Of a stretch of DNA of 64,000 nt, positions 1 through 12,261 are shown piece after piece. Source of the stretch: Octopus sinensis (Eukaryota). Within the stretch, counting starts at the first letter, position 1; each line of letters starts with the position of its first letter. The notes beneath the pieces are model-generated. The model did not search any database and had not been told where the DNA came from. It was given only the letters and a program-made list of their open reading frames with translations. Location of the stretch: NCBI RefSeq assembly GCF_006345805.1, contig NC_042999.1, positions 8,742,001-8,806,000 of the forward strand, in the 5' to 3' direction. Position numbers and translations under genes: made by a program.

Positions 1-83
1 CAATTTTTAGAAAATTTTTGCCGAAAATTTTACCCAAAAATTTTTCAAACATTTTCATTGAAAATTGTCGCCAAAAATTTTTT

Positions 84-290
84 GAGATCAAAGAGGGTGC
101 CGACAGAGATCAAAGAGGGCGCCGACAGAGATCAAAGAGGGTGCCGACAGAGATCAAAGAGGAGTTTTGGCAGAGATCAATGAGGGTGCCGACAGAGATC
201 AAAGAGGAGTTTTGACAGAGTTCAAAGAGGAGTTTTGACGGAGATCAAAGAGGGTGCAGACAGTGATCAAAGAGGGCGCCGATAGAGATC
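84..290 (+). repeat. 22-bp satellite, short block, orientation GAGATCAAAGAGGGTGCCGACA
   Basis: About 9 tandem units; reverse complement of the long array at 420-3471; flanked by AAAATTTT-rich sequence on both sides. Confidence 0.9.
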
Positions 291-419
291 TCTCCCAGAA
301 AATTTTCAGTAATTGTCACCTAAGATTTTACCTGAAAATTATTCGAAAATTTTCACCGAAAATTTTACCCAAAAATTTTCACCGATATTTTTCGAAAATT
401 TTCACAATCTTTGATACTA

Positions 420-3400
420 GTCGGCACCATCTTTGATTTCTGTCAGCACCCGCTTTGACCTCTTTCGGCGCCCTCTTTGATCTCTGTCGGCGCCCTCTTT
501 GATCTCTGTCGGCACCCTCTTTGATCTCTGTCGGCGCCCTCTTTGATCTCTGTCGGCACCCTCTTTGATCTCTGTCGGCGCCCTCTTTGATCTCTGTCGG
601 CACCCTCTTTGATCTCTGTCGGCAGGCTCTTTGATCTCTGTCGACACCCTCTTTGATCTCTGTCGACACCCTCCTTGATCTCTGTCGGCACCCTCTTTGA
701 TCTCTGTCGGCGCCCTCTTTGATCTCTGTCGGCACCCTCTTTGATCTCTCTCGGCGCCCTCTTTGATCTCTGTAGGCACCCTCTTTGATCTCTGTCGGCG
801 CCCTCTTTGATCTCGGTCGGCACCCTCTTTGATCTCTGTCGGCGCCCTCTTTGATCTCTGTCGGCACGCCTTTTGATCTCTGTCGGCGCCCTCTTTGATC
901 TCTGTCGGCACCCTCTTTGATCTCTGTCGGCGCCCTCTTTGATCTCTGTCGGCACCCTCTTTGATCACTGTCGGCACCCTCTTTGATCTCTGTCGGCACC
1001 CTCTTTGATCTCTGTCGACACCCCCTTGATCTCTGTCGGCGCCCTCTTTGATCTCTGTCGGCACCCTCTTTGATCTCTGTCGACACCCTCTTTGATCTAT
1101 GTCGGCGCCTCTTTGATCTCTGTCGGCACCCTCTTTGATCTATGTCGGCGCCCTCTTTGATCTCTGTCGGCACCCTCTTTGATCTCTGTCGGCGCCCTCT
1201 TTGATCTCTGTCGGCGCCCTCTTTGATCTCTGTCGGCACCCTCTTTGATCTCTCTCGGCGCCCTCTTTCATCTCTGTCGGCGCACTCTTTGATCTCTGTC
1301 GGCACCCTCTTTGATCTCTGTCGGCGCCCTCTTTGATCTCTGTCGACACCCTCCTTGATCTCTGTCGGCACCCTCTTTGATCTCTGTCAAAACTCCTCTT
1401 TGATCTCTGTCGGCGCCCTCTTTGATCTCTGTCGACACCCTCTTTGATCTCTGTCGGCGCCCTCTTTGATCTCTGTCGGCACCCTCTTTGATCTCTGTCG
1501 GCGCCCTCTTTGATCTCTGTCGGCGCACTCTTTGATCTCTGTCGGCACCCTCTTTGATCTCTGTCGGCGCCCTCTTTGATCTCTGTCGGCACCCTCTTTG
1601 ATCTCTGTCGGCGCCCTCTTTGATCTCTGTCGGCACCCTCTTTGATCTCTGTCGGCGCCCTCTTTGATCTCTGTCGGCACCCTCTTTGATCTCTGTCGGC
1701 AGGCTCTTTGATCTCTGTCGGCACCCTCTTTGATCTCTGTCGACACCCTCCTTGATCTCTGTCGGCACCCACTTTGATCTCTGTCGGCGCCCTCTTTGAT
1801 CTCTGTCGGCACCCTCTTTGATCTCTGTCGGCGCCCTCTTTGATCTCTGTCGGCACCCTCTTTGATCTATGTCGGCGCCCTCTTTGATCTCTGTCGGCAC
1901 CCTCTTTGATCTATGTCGGCGCCCTCTTTGATCTCTGTCGGCACCCTCTTGATCTATGTCGGCGCCCTCTTTGATCTCTGTCGGCACCCTCTTTGATCTA
2001 TGTCGGCGCCCTCTTGATCTCTGTCGGCGCCCTCTTTGATCTCTGTCGACACCCTCTTTGATCTATGTCGGCGCCCTCTTGATCTCTGTCGGCACCCTCT
2101 TGATCTCTGTCGGCGCCCTCTTTGATCTCTGTCGGCGCCCTCTTGATCTCTGTCGGCACCCTCTTTGATCTCTGTCGGCACCCCTTGATCTCTGTCGGCC
2201 CCTCTTTGATCTCTGTCGGCGCCCTCTTTGATCTCTGTCAGAACTCCTCTTTGACCTCTGTCGGCACCCTCTTTGATCTCTGTCGGCACCCTCTTTGATC
2301 TCTGTCGACAACCCTCCTTGATCTCTGTCGGCACCCTCTTTGATCTCTGTCAAAACTCCTCTTTGATCTCTGTCGGCGCCCTCTTTGATCTCTGTCGACA
2401 CCCTCTTTGATCTCTGTCGGCAGGCACTTTGACCTCTGTCGGCACCCTCTTTGATCTCTGTCAGAACTCCTCTTTGATCTCTGTCGGCACCATCTTTGAT
2501 CTCTGTCGGCACCCTCTTTGATCTCTGTCGGCATCCCTTTTGATCTCTGTCGGCACCCTCTTTGATCTCTGTCGGCACCCTCTTTGATCTCTGTCGACAC
2601 CCTCCTTGATCTCTGTCGGCACCCTCTTTGATCTCTGTCAAAACTCCTCTTTGATCTCTGTCGACGCCCTCTTTGATCTCTGTCGACACCCTCTTTGATC
2701 TCTGTCGGCAGGCACTTTGACCTCTGTCGGCACCCTCTTTGATCTCTGTCAGAACTCCTCTTTGATCTCTGTCGGCACCATCTTTGATCTCTGTCGGCAC
2801 CCTCTTTGATCTCTGTCGGCACCCCTTTTGATCTCTGTCGGCGCCCTCTTTGATCTCTGTCGGCGCCCTCTTTGATCTCTGTCGGCAACCTCTTTGATCA
2901 CTGTCGGCACCCTCTTTGATCTCTGTCGACACCCTCTTTGATCTATGTCGGCGCCCTCTTTGATCTCTGTCGGCACCCTCTTTGATCTATGTCGGCGCCC
3001 TCTTTGATCTCTGTCGGCGCCCTCTTTGATCTCTGTCGGCGCCCTCTTTGATCTCTGTCGGCGTCCTCTTTGATCTCTGTCGGCGCCCTCTTTGATCTCT
3101 GTCGGGTCCCTCTTTGATCTCTGTCGGCACCCTCTTTGATCTCTGTCGGCACCCCTTGATCTCTGTCGGCACCCCTTTGATCTCTGTCGGCACCCTCTAT
3201 GATCACTGTCGGCGCCCTCTTTGATCTCTGTCGGCACTCTCTTTGATCTCTGTTGGAACCCTCTTTGATCTCTGTCGGCAGGCTCTTTGACCTCTGTCGG
3301 CACCCTCTTTGATCTCTGTCGGCACCCTCTTTGATCTCGGTCGGCACCCTCTTTGATCTCTGTCGACTCCCTCCTTGATCTCTGTCGGCACCCTCTTTGA

Positions 3401-3471
3401 TCTCTGTCGGCACTCCTCTTTAATCTCGGTCGGATCGCTCTTTGATATCTATCGGCACCCTCTTTGATCTC
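420..3471 (-). repeat. 22-bp satellite array (CTCTTTGATCTCTGTCGGCACC)n, about 3 kb
   Basis: Continuous tandem units with recurring variants. The 22-aa periodicity of the six-frame ORFs (PTEIKEGADRDQRGCRQRSKRV) equals 3 x 22 bp. Confidence 0.97.
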
Positions 3472-4200
3472 TTATATTTTGTCAAATTCCTTTACAGATA
3501 TATTTTTATCAGTGGGGACGCTTACCTCTATTAGTCTGCAGGTAGTTTCTTCCTTCTCTTCAACAATTATGTCTAGTCGATTAGCCTTGATCGTTCTGTC
3601 AGTGTTGACTGGAAAATCCCAGAGAATGGTGACATTTTTGCCTTCAACAACTGGCTGAGGATGATGTTCATACCAGTTAGCAGGAGTGCCGAATTTGTAG
3701 TGTTTACATATCTTCCAATATATATACTGTCCTACCCTATCGTGGCGATTTTTGTATTCGTTTGGTTTCAGCACAGGACATACCAAAACGAGATGGTCTA
3801 TTGTTTCGTCAAATGTGTCGCAGAATCTGCATTTAGGGTCAGTACCGTTTCGGAGAACGCTAGCCTGGTAATTTCTGGTAAACAAGCTTTGATCTTGTGC
3901 TGCCAGTATGAAGCCTTCAGTCTCTGCTTTCAATCCTGAACTCTTCAGCCACTGATGGGTTGTTGCTTGGTCTACATCAGCATTTTGGCTTCGGAGAATA
4001 TATTGTCCATGCAGGGGCTTCTGGCTCCACCGCCTCTCAATTTGATTCTGCCCGTTCTCTTTTGCAGTCTGCTTGATTCGCTTTGCTTGCTTGGTAGCAG
4101 TGGTTTCCGACTCTTCATCTGATTCAAGGTTAATGTCTAGTTCCCTTTCGAACTTATAAGCTTCCTTGACAATAGAATGCAGCTTTTTGCTGCTTTCGTG
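3472..4200 (-). mobile_element. R4/Dong-like non-LTR retrotransposon fragment (post-RT region, CCHC knuckle, restriction-like endonuclease)
   Basis: ORF 3472..3933 reads AETEGFILAAQDQSL, C-x2-C...H...C, RHD and ANRLDI...IEVSVP; bounded by (TTA)n at 4201 and by the satellite. Confidence 0.88.
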
Positions 4201-4220
4201 TTATTATTATTATTATTATT

Positions 4221-5047
4221 CAGTAGTTTTATTTTTATAGCGTGCTTTCACTTCACTACCGAGCGCAGCTCTGTGTGCCTTGAGTATGTGCTGTGATTTG
4301 TTGTGATGCTCTGATGGTTATTGTATGGAAAGTGTTCTGCGTAGGATGTGTGCAGTGCCTAGTAGTGCAATTTTCTGTATGTTATATGTGTTTGTAAGTC
4401 CTGGTGTTTTTGTTATGTATTTGTCTGAATATTTTTTTTATCATGCCTAATGCACCTACTATGATAGGAATTGTTTCTGTTTTCAGGTTCCACATTCTAG
4501 TTACCTCTATTTCCAGGTCTTTGTATTTTGAGAGTTTCTCCATTTCTTTTAGAGACACGTTGTCATCTGCCGGTATTGATACATCAATTAGAAAGCATTT
4601 TTTTTCTTCATGATCTCTGACAACTATATCTGGTCTGTTGGCCTTAATTTCTCTATCTGTGTGTATCGGCATATCCCAGAGTATGGTTGCTTTCTCGTTT
4701 TCTGTGACCTTTTCTGGTGTGTGCCTATACCATCTTTTTTCTGTTGTTATTCCATAATGTTGGCATAGCTTCCAATGTATGTAGGTTCCAACTCTGTCAT
4801 GTCTGTGAATATATTCCTTCTTAGCTAGGACTGGGCAGCTAGAGATAATATGATTTATTGTTTCTTGTCCATCTCCACATATTCTGCAGTTACTTGTAAT
4901 ATTTCTTTTCATTACATGTTTTTGGTAATTTCTGGTGGGGAGGCTTTGGTCTTGTGCTGCAATTAAAAATCCCTCTGTTTCTGCTTTGAGTCCTGAGCTT
5001 CTCAACCATTGCTGGGATTTTTCTTTGTCTATTTCTTTTGCGTTTAG
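4221..5047 (-). mobile_element. R4/Dong-like RLE retrotransposon, 5'-truncated, with 3' UTR, inside (TAA)n
   Basis: CRIC...H...CPVL, RHD, NRPDIVV...IDVSIP, SKYKDLE and VGALG motifs. There is a +1 frameshift in a T-run near 4432 (8 T here vs 7 T in the 7277 copy). (TTA)n on both sides. Confidence 0.92.
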
Positions 5048-5109
<62 letters not shown>

Positions 5110-5572
5110 CATTATTATTATTATATTTGCTGCGGAACACATCGGACGTGTTTTCGATCCAAGTAAGTTCAGTTCAAAATATTTATTTTTACCAGGATTG
5201 GTGTTTTTTTGCAATAATTATCTTAATGAATAGAAACTCCAGTAACCTGTTACTGATTTTTCTATAGTTGTTTAGCACGGAGGAGGGAGGCGATATTCGG
5301 CTCACCAAATGATTTCGGTAGGCGTTGATTTAATTGAATCAAATGCAATTCAACAAGATGGCGGAGCGCGTCTTGAAAGAGCTGAGAAAAAGAAGACAAC
5401 CGTTCCAATAAACCTGACCACTGCTGAAGACTTTCCTTCTCCACCCCCATCGTTACTGGCAACAATACAAAGGAAGGTAGGAGAAAAACGAGATAGTACA
5501 AAGTCCAGCTTGTAACAATAGTAGTAGCAGTGACAGCAACAGCGGTAACAGGGACAAAAGCAGCTGCCGCAA

Positions 5573-5931
5573 GTGGAGGCGCAATGGCCCAGCGGTCGGA
5601 GAATCGCGGTTTCGATTCCCAGACCGGGCGTTGTGTGTGTTTATTAAGCGAACACACCTAAAGCTTCACGAAGCTCCGGCAGGGGATGGTGGCGACCCCT
5701 GTTGTACTCTTTCGCTCAAACTTTCTCTCACTCTTTCTTCCCGTTTCTTGTCCCCGACTTCCTGCGCAACCGCTGAGCCTGGATGCGCATTCATCCATCC
5801 GTCGATGCTCTCGGTGTCGGGGGTTGACCTGCTTTCTCTTCTGCGGGTCTTACGAATAGCAAAGAACCTCGTTTCGGATTTCTCCCAGAGACGAAGACCG
5901 CTTCGCTCAACAAACAAACAGCAACAAAACC
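5573..5931 (+). mobile_element. tRNA-derived SINE (head shared with 54456 copy, different tail)
   Basis: GTGGAGGCGCAATGGCCCAG...GGTTTCGATTCCCAGACCGGGCG; matches 54456 for about 180 bp with a deletion in the tRNA part, then diverges; ends in (CAAA)-like repeats. Confidence 0.7.
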
Positions 5932-5949
5932 CATACCTTTTCTATTGTA

Positions 5950-6140
5950 GACACAAGGCCTGAAATTTGGGGGGAGGGGACCAGTCGATTACATAGACCC
6001 TAGTGATTCCCTAGTACTTAATTTATGGACCCCCGAAAGGATGAACGGTAAAGTCGGCCTCGGCGGAATTTGTACTCAGAACGTAAAAACGCTAAGCATT
6101 TTGCCCCGGTGTGCTAACGATTCTGCTAGCTCACCGCCTT
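5950..6140 (-). mobile_element. SINE family B copy
   Basis: Homologous to copies at 21817 and 47207 (GGCGAGCTGGCAGAATCGTTAGCAC head, GTCGACTTTGCCTTTCATCCTTTCGGGGTCGATAAA core). Confidence 0.8.
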
Positions 6141-6684
6141 AAATAAAAACCAATACCAACAGCATCGACAAGAACAACAACAACGGCAGTAGCAATAGCA
6201 GCAACAATAGCAACAAGAACATTACCAACAACGAAAACACGTTTGCGGCAGCAGTGGCGAAGTATAGGAGCGCATAACCGTAGACCTCACAAATAGGGAC
6301 CAAATGTTAACACAAGCATGGAAATTGATAAAACAAGAGAAAACGTGGGCTGGTCTCCCTATTCCGTGGAGAGAAGAACGGTGCTTTTCAGATGCATCTC
6401 AGCCAACACGAAAAGAGCGGCTTTAATAGCCCATGTAGACACTGAGGCGGCGCTGAGGTGCATCAGAAATGACATCGGATACACAGCGAGGGGTAAACAA
6501 TGCGGCCCAATTTCGGTGCTGTTTAAGCCCTGCAAAACCAGCATGGGGAAACGTCGAGTAGTTCAAGATTGGTGGGGTACCTGAGCCAACACCACGTGGT
6601 TACTCCCTATTGGGGGAACTTACATTGTTATATTCTTTTTGTTGGATATCATTGTTATTGTTTTAATTGTGTACTCATTGTATG

Positions 6685-7176
6685 CCCATCATGATTACCC
6701 GTCTGATAAGGGTACACAAGGCACATGCATCACAACCATATGTGCGCGACATGGTGATCTCATATCAAGATAAACAGCACATGACCTTGCAGGTGGAGAC
6801 TCAGTTAGAATTTTCTTCTGGTTGAGTAGCCCATCCCGCTCAAAAGGTCCCTGAATATGGATTGTTTAAGGATGTTGAACAAAACACCCATGTTTCCAGA
6901 GGTGAATTATCCAAACCTCCAACTTTTCCTTTCAACACAGGGCTATGATGCTCCCCCACTACTTCTGCTCGTGATCAGAGATGCACATATCGTCAGCCAC
7001 TAAAGGACTTGCTCAACTGGTTAAGGTTAAACAACTGACAAGCAAATCTGTGGTATTGAGCAGAATATTTGCTGTAGCCCATCTTTTATACCAAGACAAA
7101 ATAATATGCATGATAACACTTTCAATCAGTTAAGATCAGAAGCCACGATAGCCACTGCCTGGTACTGCATCAGGGC

Positions 7177-7180
<4 letters not shown>
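6685..7180. mobile_element. Non-coding interspersed element family C (about 0.55 kb), ends at (TTA)n
   Basis: Clearly homologous over about 490 bp to 45452-46005; no ORF; abuts (TTA)n. Confidence 0.8.
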
Positions 7181-7251
<71 letters not shown>

Positions 7252-7276
7252 TATTATTATTATTACTATTATTATT

Positions 7277-7518
7277 CAATAGTTTTATTTTTATAGCGTG
7301 CTTTCACTTCACTACCGAGCGCAGCTCCGTGTGCCTTGGGTATGTGCTGTGATTTGTTGTGATGCTCTGATGGTTATTGTATGGAAAGTGTTCTGCGTAG
7401 GATGTGTGCAGTGCCTAGTAGTGCAATTTTCTGTATGTTATATGTGTTTGTAAGTCCTGGTGTTTTTGTTATGTATTTGTCTGAATATTTTTTTATCATG
7501 CCTAATGCACCTACTATG

Positions 7519-7520
<2 letters not shown>
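7277..7520 (-). mobile_element. R4/Dong-like 3' end fragment inside (TAA)n
   Basis: Near identical to 4221-4465; encodes VGALGMIKKYSDKY...ALLGTAHILRRTLSIQ*; (TTA)n on both sides. Confidence 0.9.
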
Positions 7521-7565
<45 letters not shown>

Positions 7566-7570
7566 TATTA

Positions 7571-7632
<62 letters not shown>

Positions 7633-7669
7633 ATCATCATGATCGCCATCATTATTATTATTGTCAGTG

Positions 7670-7718
<49 letters not shown>

Positions 7719-8120
7719 TTTTCCCTTTGATCTGACTCTATATTTTATTACTCTACAACTTACATAGATTCCTCTCCTTATAATAATTCAGAAGTTGTCG
7801 ATATTTATGTTACATGTATTAAGTCGTGTATTAGTCTTTTTATTTCTTTCTTTCTCCTTGAATAAATTATTTTTCTTTCGCTACTCACAGGGGAACAGCT
7901 TATGACTGTCATAAAATACTTGCTGTTTCTTATTATATTTTTTCATTCTATGATTTATGGTCCACTCGAATGCTTTGGCCATTCAACGTAGTTTTTCCCT
8001 CCGATTTTGCTTATACAACTTTCTTTCTGCTTAATTTTGATTTCTCTAATGTGTTTCCCAATATTTTTCTTTCCAGTTCATTCAAAACTTTCTAGGCTGT
8101 TTCTTTCTACTTAGTAATAT

Positions 8121-8338
8121 ACTCTTTTACTCTTTTACTTGTTTCAGTCATTTGACTGCGGCCATGCTGGAGCACCGCCTTTAGTCGAGCAACTCGACCC
8201 CGGGACTTATTCTTTTGTAAGCCCAGTACTTATTCTATCGGTCTCTTTTTGCCGAACCGCTAAGTGACGGGGACATAAACACACCAGCATCGGTTGTGAA
8301 GCAATGCTAGGGAGACAAACACAGAAACACAAACACAT

Positions 8339-8371
<33 letters not shown>

Positions 8372-8533
8372 CATATATACGACAGGCTTCTTTCAGTTTC
8401 CGTCTACCAAATCCACTCACAAGGCATTGGTCGGCCCGGGGCTATAGCAGAAGACACTTGCCCAAGATGCCACGCAGTGGGACTGAACCCGAAACCATGT
8501 GGTTGGTTAGCAAGCTACTTACCACACAGCCAC
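8121..8533 (-). mobile_element. SINE family A (tRNA head, CORE-like CCTTGGGCAAGTG motif, internal TA/CA microsatellite, AAAAGAGT tail)
   Basis: A-box-like TGGCTGTGTGG and B-box-like GGTTCAGTCCC on the minus strand; repeated more than 15 times in the window. Confidence 0.9.
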
Positions 8534-9047
8534 ATATATATATATTCCGATTTTATTCAATATTTTCTTCCAGTTTCTTATTTTTCAGTTTCGTTATGTT
8601 TATTAACTGTGAAACCTGAGCTCCTTGTATTAAAACAGAATATCTTTTTAAGAAAGTAAATTGGATGTGAGGCATTGACAACGTTAAACGCATTAATGTA
8701 ATGAAAATGTCTGTCTGGTTGAGACGGTTTTTTCCTCTCGTTAGCGACAACTGTTGTACATTATCTGAAAAAAAGAAGGAAGAATTGAAAAGAGGAAAAA
8801 CACACCAAACTGTATTATGGTTAAAACTAGCAAATGCTATTACCATTGAAATTTCTAAGTGAATTATAAACAAAAAAGGGAGTTTCCACGCAAATGTCAC
8901 TAAAATCACAGCACGCAGTTTTGGCAAAGAAAGGGCAGCGTTGGAGATGTGGCTCTTGGTTAAATGAACGTATTAAAATGGCGATAAGGTTCTGGGTAGA
9001 ATGCCTTGATCATGCGGCTGATTTATAAGGGGTAACATGAGTTAAAA

Positions 9048-9102
<55 letters not shown>

Positions 9103-9148
9103 GCTACTGCTGCTGCAACTACTCCTACTACTGCTGCTGCTGCTGCTG

Positions 9149-9189
<41 letters not shown>

Positions 9190-9298
9190 GCTGCTGCTGC
9201 TGTTACTACCACTACTACTGCTGCTGCTGCTACTACTACTACTGCTGCTGCTGCAGCTGCTACTACTACTACTACTATGCCGACGACGACGACGATGG
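9048..9298. repeat. (CTA)n/(CTG)n/(CGA)n compound trinucleotide microsatellite
   Basis: Direct reading; explains the poly-Ser ORF. Confidence 0.95.
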
Positions 9299-9490
9299 CA
9301 ACTATGAAATATATCGATTAGTAACAATGGAAAAAGCAGGCTGCAAAATCACCTTTTCTAGTTCTGGCTTTGAGCTGCTATTTAATGTTCCACTTTTAAG
9401 TTTACCATTTTTAGAATTATGAGAATATCAAAGAAATAACTTCTTTCTGTAACCATTTCTAGTAACAGTTACACTTATTACAATACACAC

Positions 9491-9537
<47 letters not shown>

Positions 9538-9796
9538 CACATCATTGCTATTATGCTGAACTGTCGTATGTCCAAATTTGACAAGATGCATGTTTTTCAA
9601 TATTATTTTTGCTTGCAATAGTCGGTTCTTTTCGTCAAACTATTATATTTCCAGCTGCTTCAGCTACCAAGATATCAAAAATTGCCCAAGTGTACTACAA
9701 TGGTTTTGCTATGGAATGGTGAAACTAATTTTTCGTTTTCTGAAAAAGCAACGTTTCGGACTTGCGACACTTTTGCATAACAGCAACGATATATGT

Positions 9797-10005
9797 TAGA
9801 ATTTAAGGGAGCAACTGTCTTTGAAGACTCATATTATCGTTGAATGCTCGAAATGAAGAGTAGATAGACAGTTGACAACTGATGAAGGGTCCTTTCTTTG
9901 TTTACTTGTCCTGTTCCCCATTTTCTCTCGTTGTTTACACATTTAACTCGTTGATTTACGCATTTCATGTTGTTTGAAACTTTAGCGACCTCCTGTACCC
10001 ATATA
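9797..10005 (+). mobile_element. Interspersed family H (Penelope-like terminus?), also at 38660-38760 (-), 39030-39190 (+), 39680-39865 (+)
   Basis: Shared motifs GACTCATATT..CGTTGAATGCTCGAAATGA and GACAACTGATGAAGG...TTTACTTGTCC; ends at (TA)n. Confidence 0.55.
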
Positions 10006-10033
10006 TGTATGTATATATATATATATATATATA

Positions 10034-10099
10034 TAATTGGAAATTCATGTGTGACTCTCAATTAAGTAATAATTATTAAAGAATATATAGTATATATAA

Positions 10100-10130
<31 letters not shown>

Positions 10131-10212
10131 CATTTATATATATATATATATATTTATATATACTATATATTCTTTAATAATTATTACTTAATTGAAAGTC
10201 ACATGAATTTCC

Positions 10213-10217
<5 letters not shown>
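10034..10217. repeat. AT-rich fold-back inverted repeat (arms about 80 bp)
   Basis: TAATTGGAAATTCATGTG...TATATAAATATA pairs with its reverse complement ending CACATGAATTTCCAATTA; one 2-bp indel and one mismatch seen. Confidence 0.9.
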
Positions 10218-10258
<41 letters not shown>

Positions 10259-10262
<4 letters not shown>

Positions 10263-10495
10263 AGATTTTACGAAAAAAACAAAAGACGAAGACAGGTGGT
10301 GTACAAAACAAACAGATGTATTAGTATAGCGCTCAGAAAAAGTCTTTTACGTTTCGAGCCTACGCTCTTCTACAGAAAGGGACACAGAAAAAAAGCAAGG
10401 AGAGAAAAAAATGTATGTAGTGGCTGACGATCTATCATGGCGACTGACTTCGGAAGAAGGATCACACACGAGAGCGAAGAAGTAGGATATATATA
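10259..10495 (-). mobile_element. Penelope-like non-autonomous fragment with degenerate hammerhead-like motif
   Basis: Homologous to 22595-23212 and 20459-20590; ACGTTTCGAGCC motif; sits between (TA)n and (GATA)n. Confidence 0.6.
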
Positions 10496-10512
10496 TAGAG
10501 AGAGATATAGAT

Positions 10513-10589
<77 letters not shown>

Positions 10590-11203
10590 CAGAGAGAGAG
10601 AGAGAGAGTTAGACAAATCTGGAAAAATGAGTGCTTGCTGTTGACGAATTTGCCATTAGTGACGAAAGAATTCTGACAACTCTGTTGATTGACTTAGAGA
10701 TCGAAAGATTAATGAAATAAGCGATTAGTTAATTCCTTGATTACTTTGTTGACTAAAGATAATATTAAGAGCAAGTGATATACAACCAGTGCATGTGTTA
10801 TTTATTGGCAATATGACCCTCCCAAAACGCAATGACATTAGGTTTAATACAATTTCGCATCAAGAATTTTGCAAACCAAATGTAGAAGCAAAGAGTGAGT
10901 TTGTGAATGTGCGTTGTATATATAGGTGTGTCTGGGTCTGTGTATATGTATCTGAGTATGAGAGTGTGTGCATATGTGTGTGTGTGTGTGTGTGCGTGTG
11001 CTTGTGCTAGTGCGTGTCTGCGCGCGCACACACATATACACACACACATACACGCACACACTATCACACACATACATATGTGTGTATCACACATATATGA
11101 GTGTATGTATGTATATATATATATATATATATGTCTAAGTCCATATACTCACACATGCACCTACGCGTGCGCGCGCACACATAGACACACACACATGCGT
11201 ATA

Positions 11204-11246
<43 letters not shown>

Positions 11247-11691
11247 TTTTTCTCAAGTAAGCTGTACACCATCACAGAGTTCCAATATGAATAGAACTAC
11301 TCAAAGCTAGAAGAGACATTAAAGTGAGACGAGACAGATTATTAGATCCAGTGAAAACAAGGTATATAGGTCGAGAACGATTAATTGTAGCTAGGAAAGG
11401 AACATTAAAGCGACGATAAGTGTGTGTGTGTGTATATGTGTGTGTGTATAAACACGTTTTTCGTGTTTCTACTTGTTCTGTGTAAAGCGAATGAATGTAT
11501 ATATGGTTCACTGTAGAGTGTAACCATAAATATATTTATATCTGTAATATGAGGAAGGTGTACGGTGCTGCTGTCGTTCAGTGAAACGCAATGAAATTGG
11601 TTGTATACCTGTGTATTTATGTGTGAATTGCAGCCAGTGAGATTTCTGTATGTGTTAATCACTTTTTCCGAGTGAAATATAAAGGTATGGA

Positions 11692-11723
<32 letters not shown>

Positions 11724-12261
11724 ATGAGGAGGGATAGGGAGGGAGGGTGGGAGAGAGAGAGGATGGAGTGAAAGAGAGAGAAGTTGAGAGGGAAAATGAA
11801 AGAAAGAGGACAACAGAGAGGACGAGAATGTGAGATTACTTAAGATATGTCTCTAGGTGTTGTATATGCTTAAGTGTGTTATAAATTTATGAAAAGAAAA
11901 CACAAGACTTTCTTTAAGTAGCTGTAAGCGGCTTTGTTTTCTGTGGATCAGAATGGAGTGGACACCCTTGACAAATGAACAAAAACAGTCGCAACTAAAG
12001 TATGTCTGGTCTGCAGAATTAGTTCTGTGGTTTTATCAGAAGATTTAATTCCATAATGAATTTAAACCGCTGTCCATTAATAGCATTTCTGTAAACTTAT
12101 TTAAAATTCCTCCAACACACACTCGTTGTCTCACCCAATTAATCAACACGCTGTCAGCGAACGTACTGCTATGCAAATAAGTTGAAGCAATGAATATTAT
12201 TACAAATAGCATATTTGACAATTAGTAGCAAACTTATTTGTCCTCCCACGCACAGTCTCAG

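Noticed and set aside
379-3413. Long ORFs (PTEIKEGADRDQRG...) of up to 330 aa
   Set aside because: Translation of the 22-bp satellite in all three minus frames; not a gene.
420-3471. CRISPR-like array
   Set aside because: Units are contiguous with no unique spacers, there are no cas genes, and the context is eukaryotic.
6690-6730. Hammerhead in family C (CTGATAAG; CTGATGC on the other strand)
   Set aside because: Core is incomplete with no GAAA or enclosing stems.
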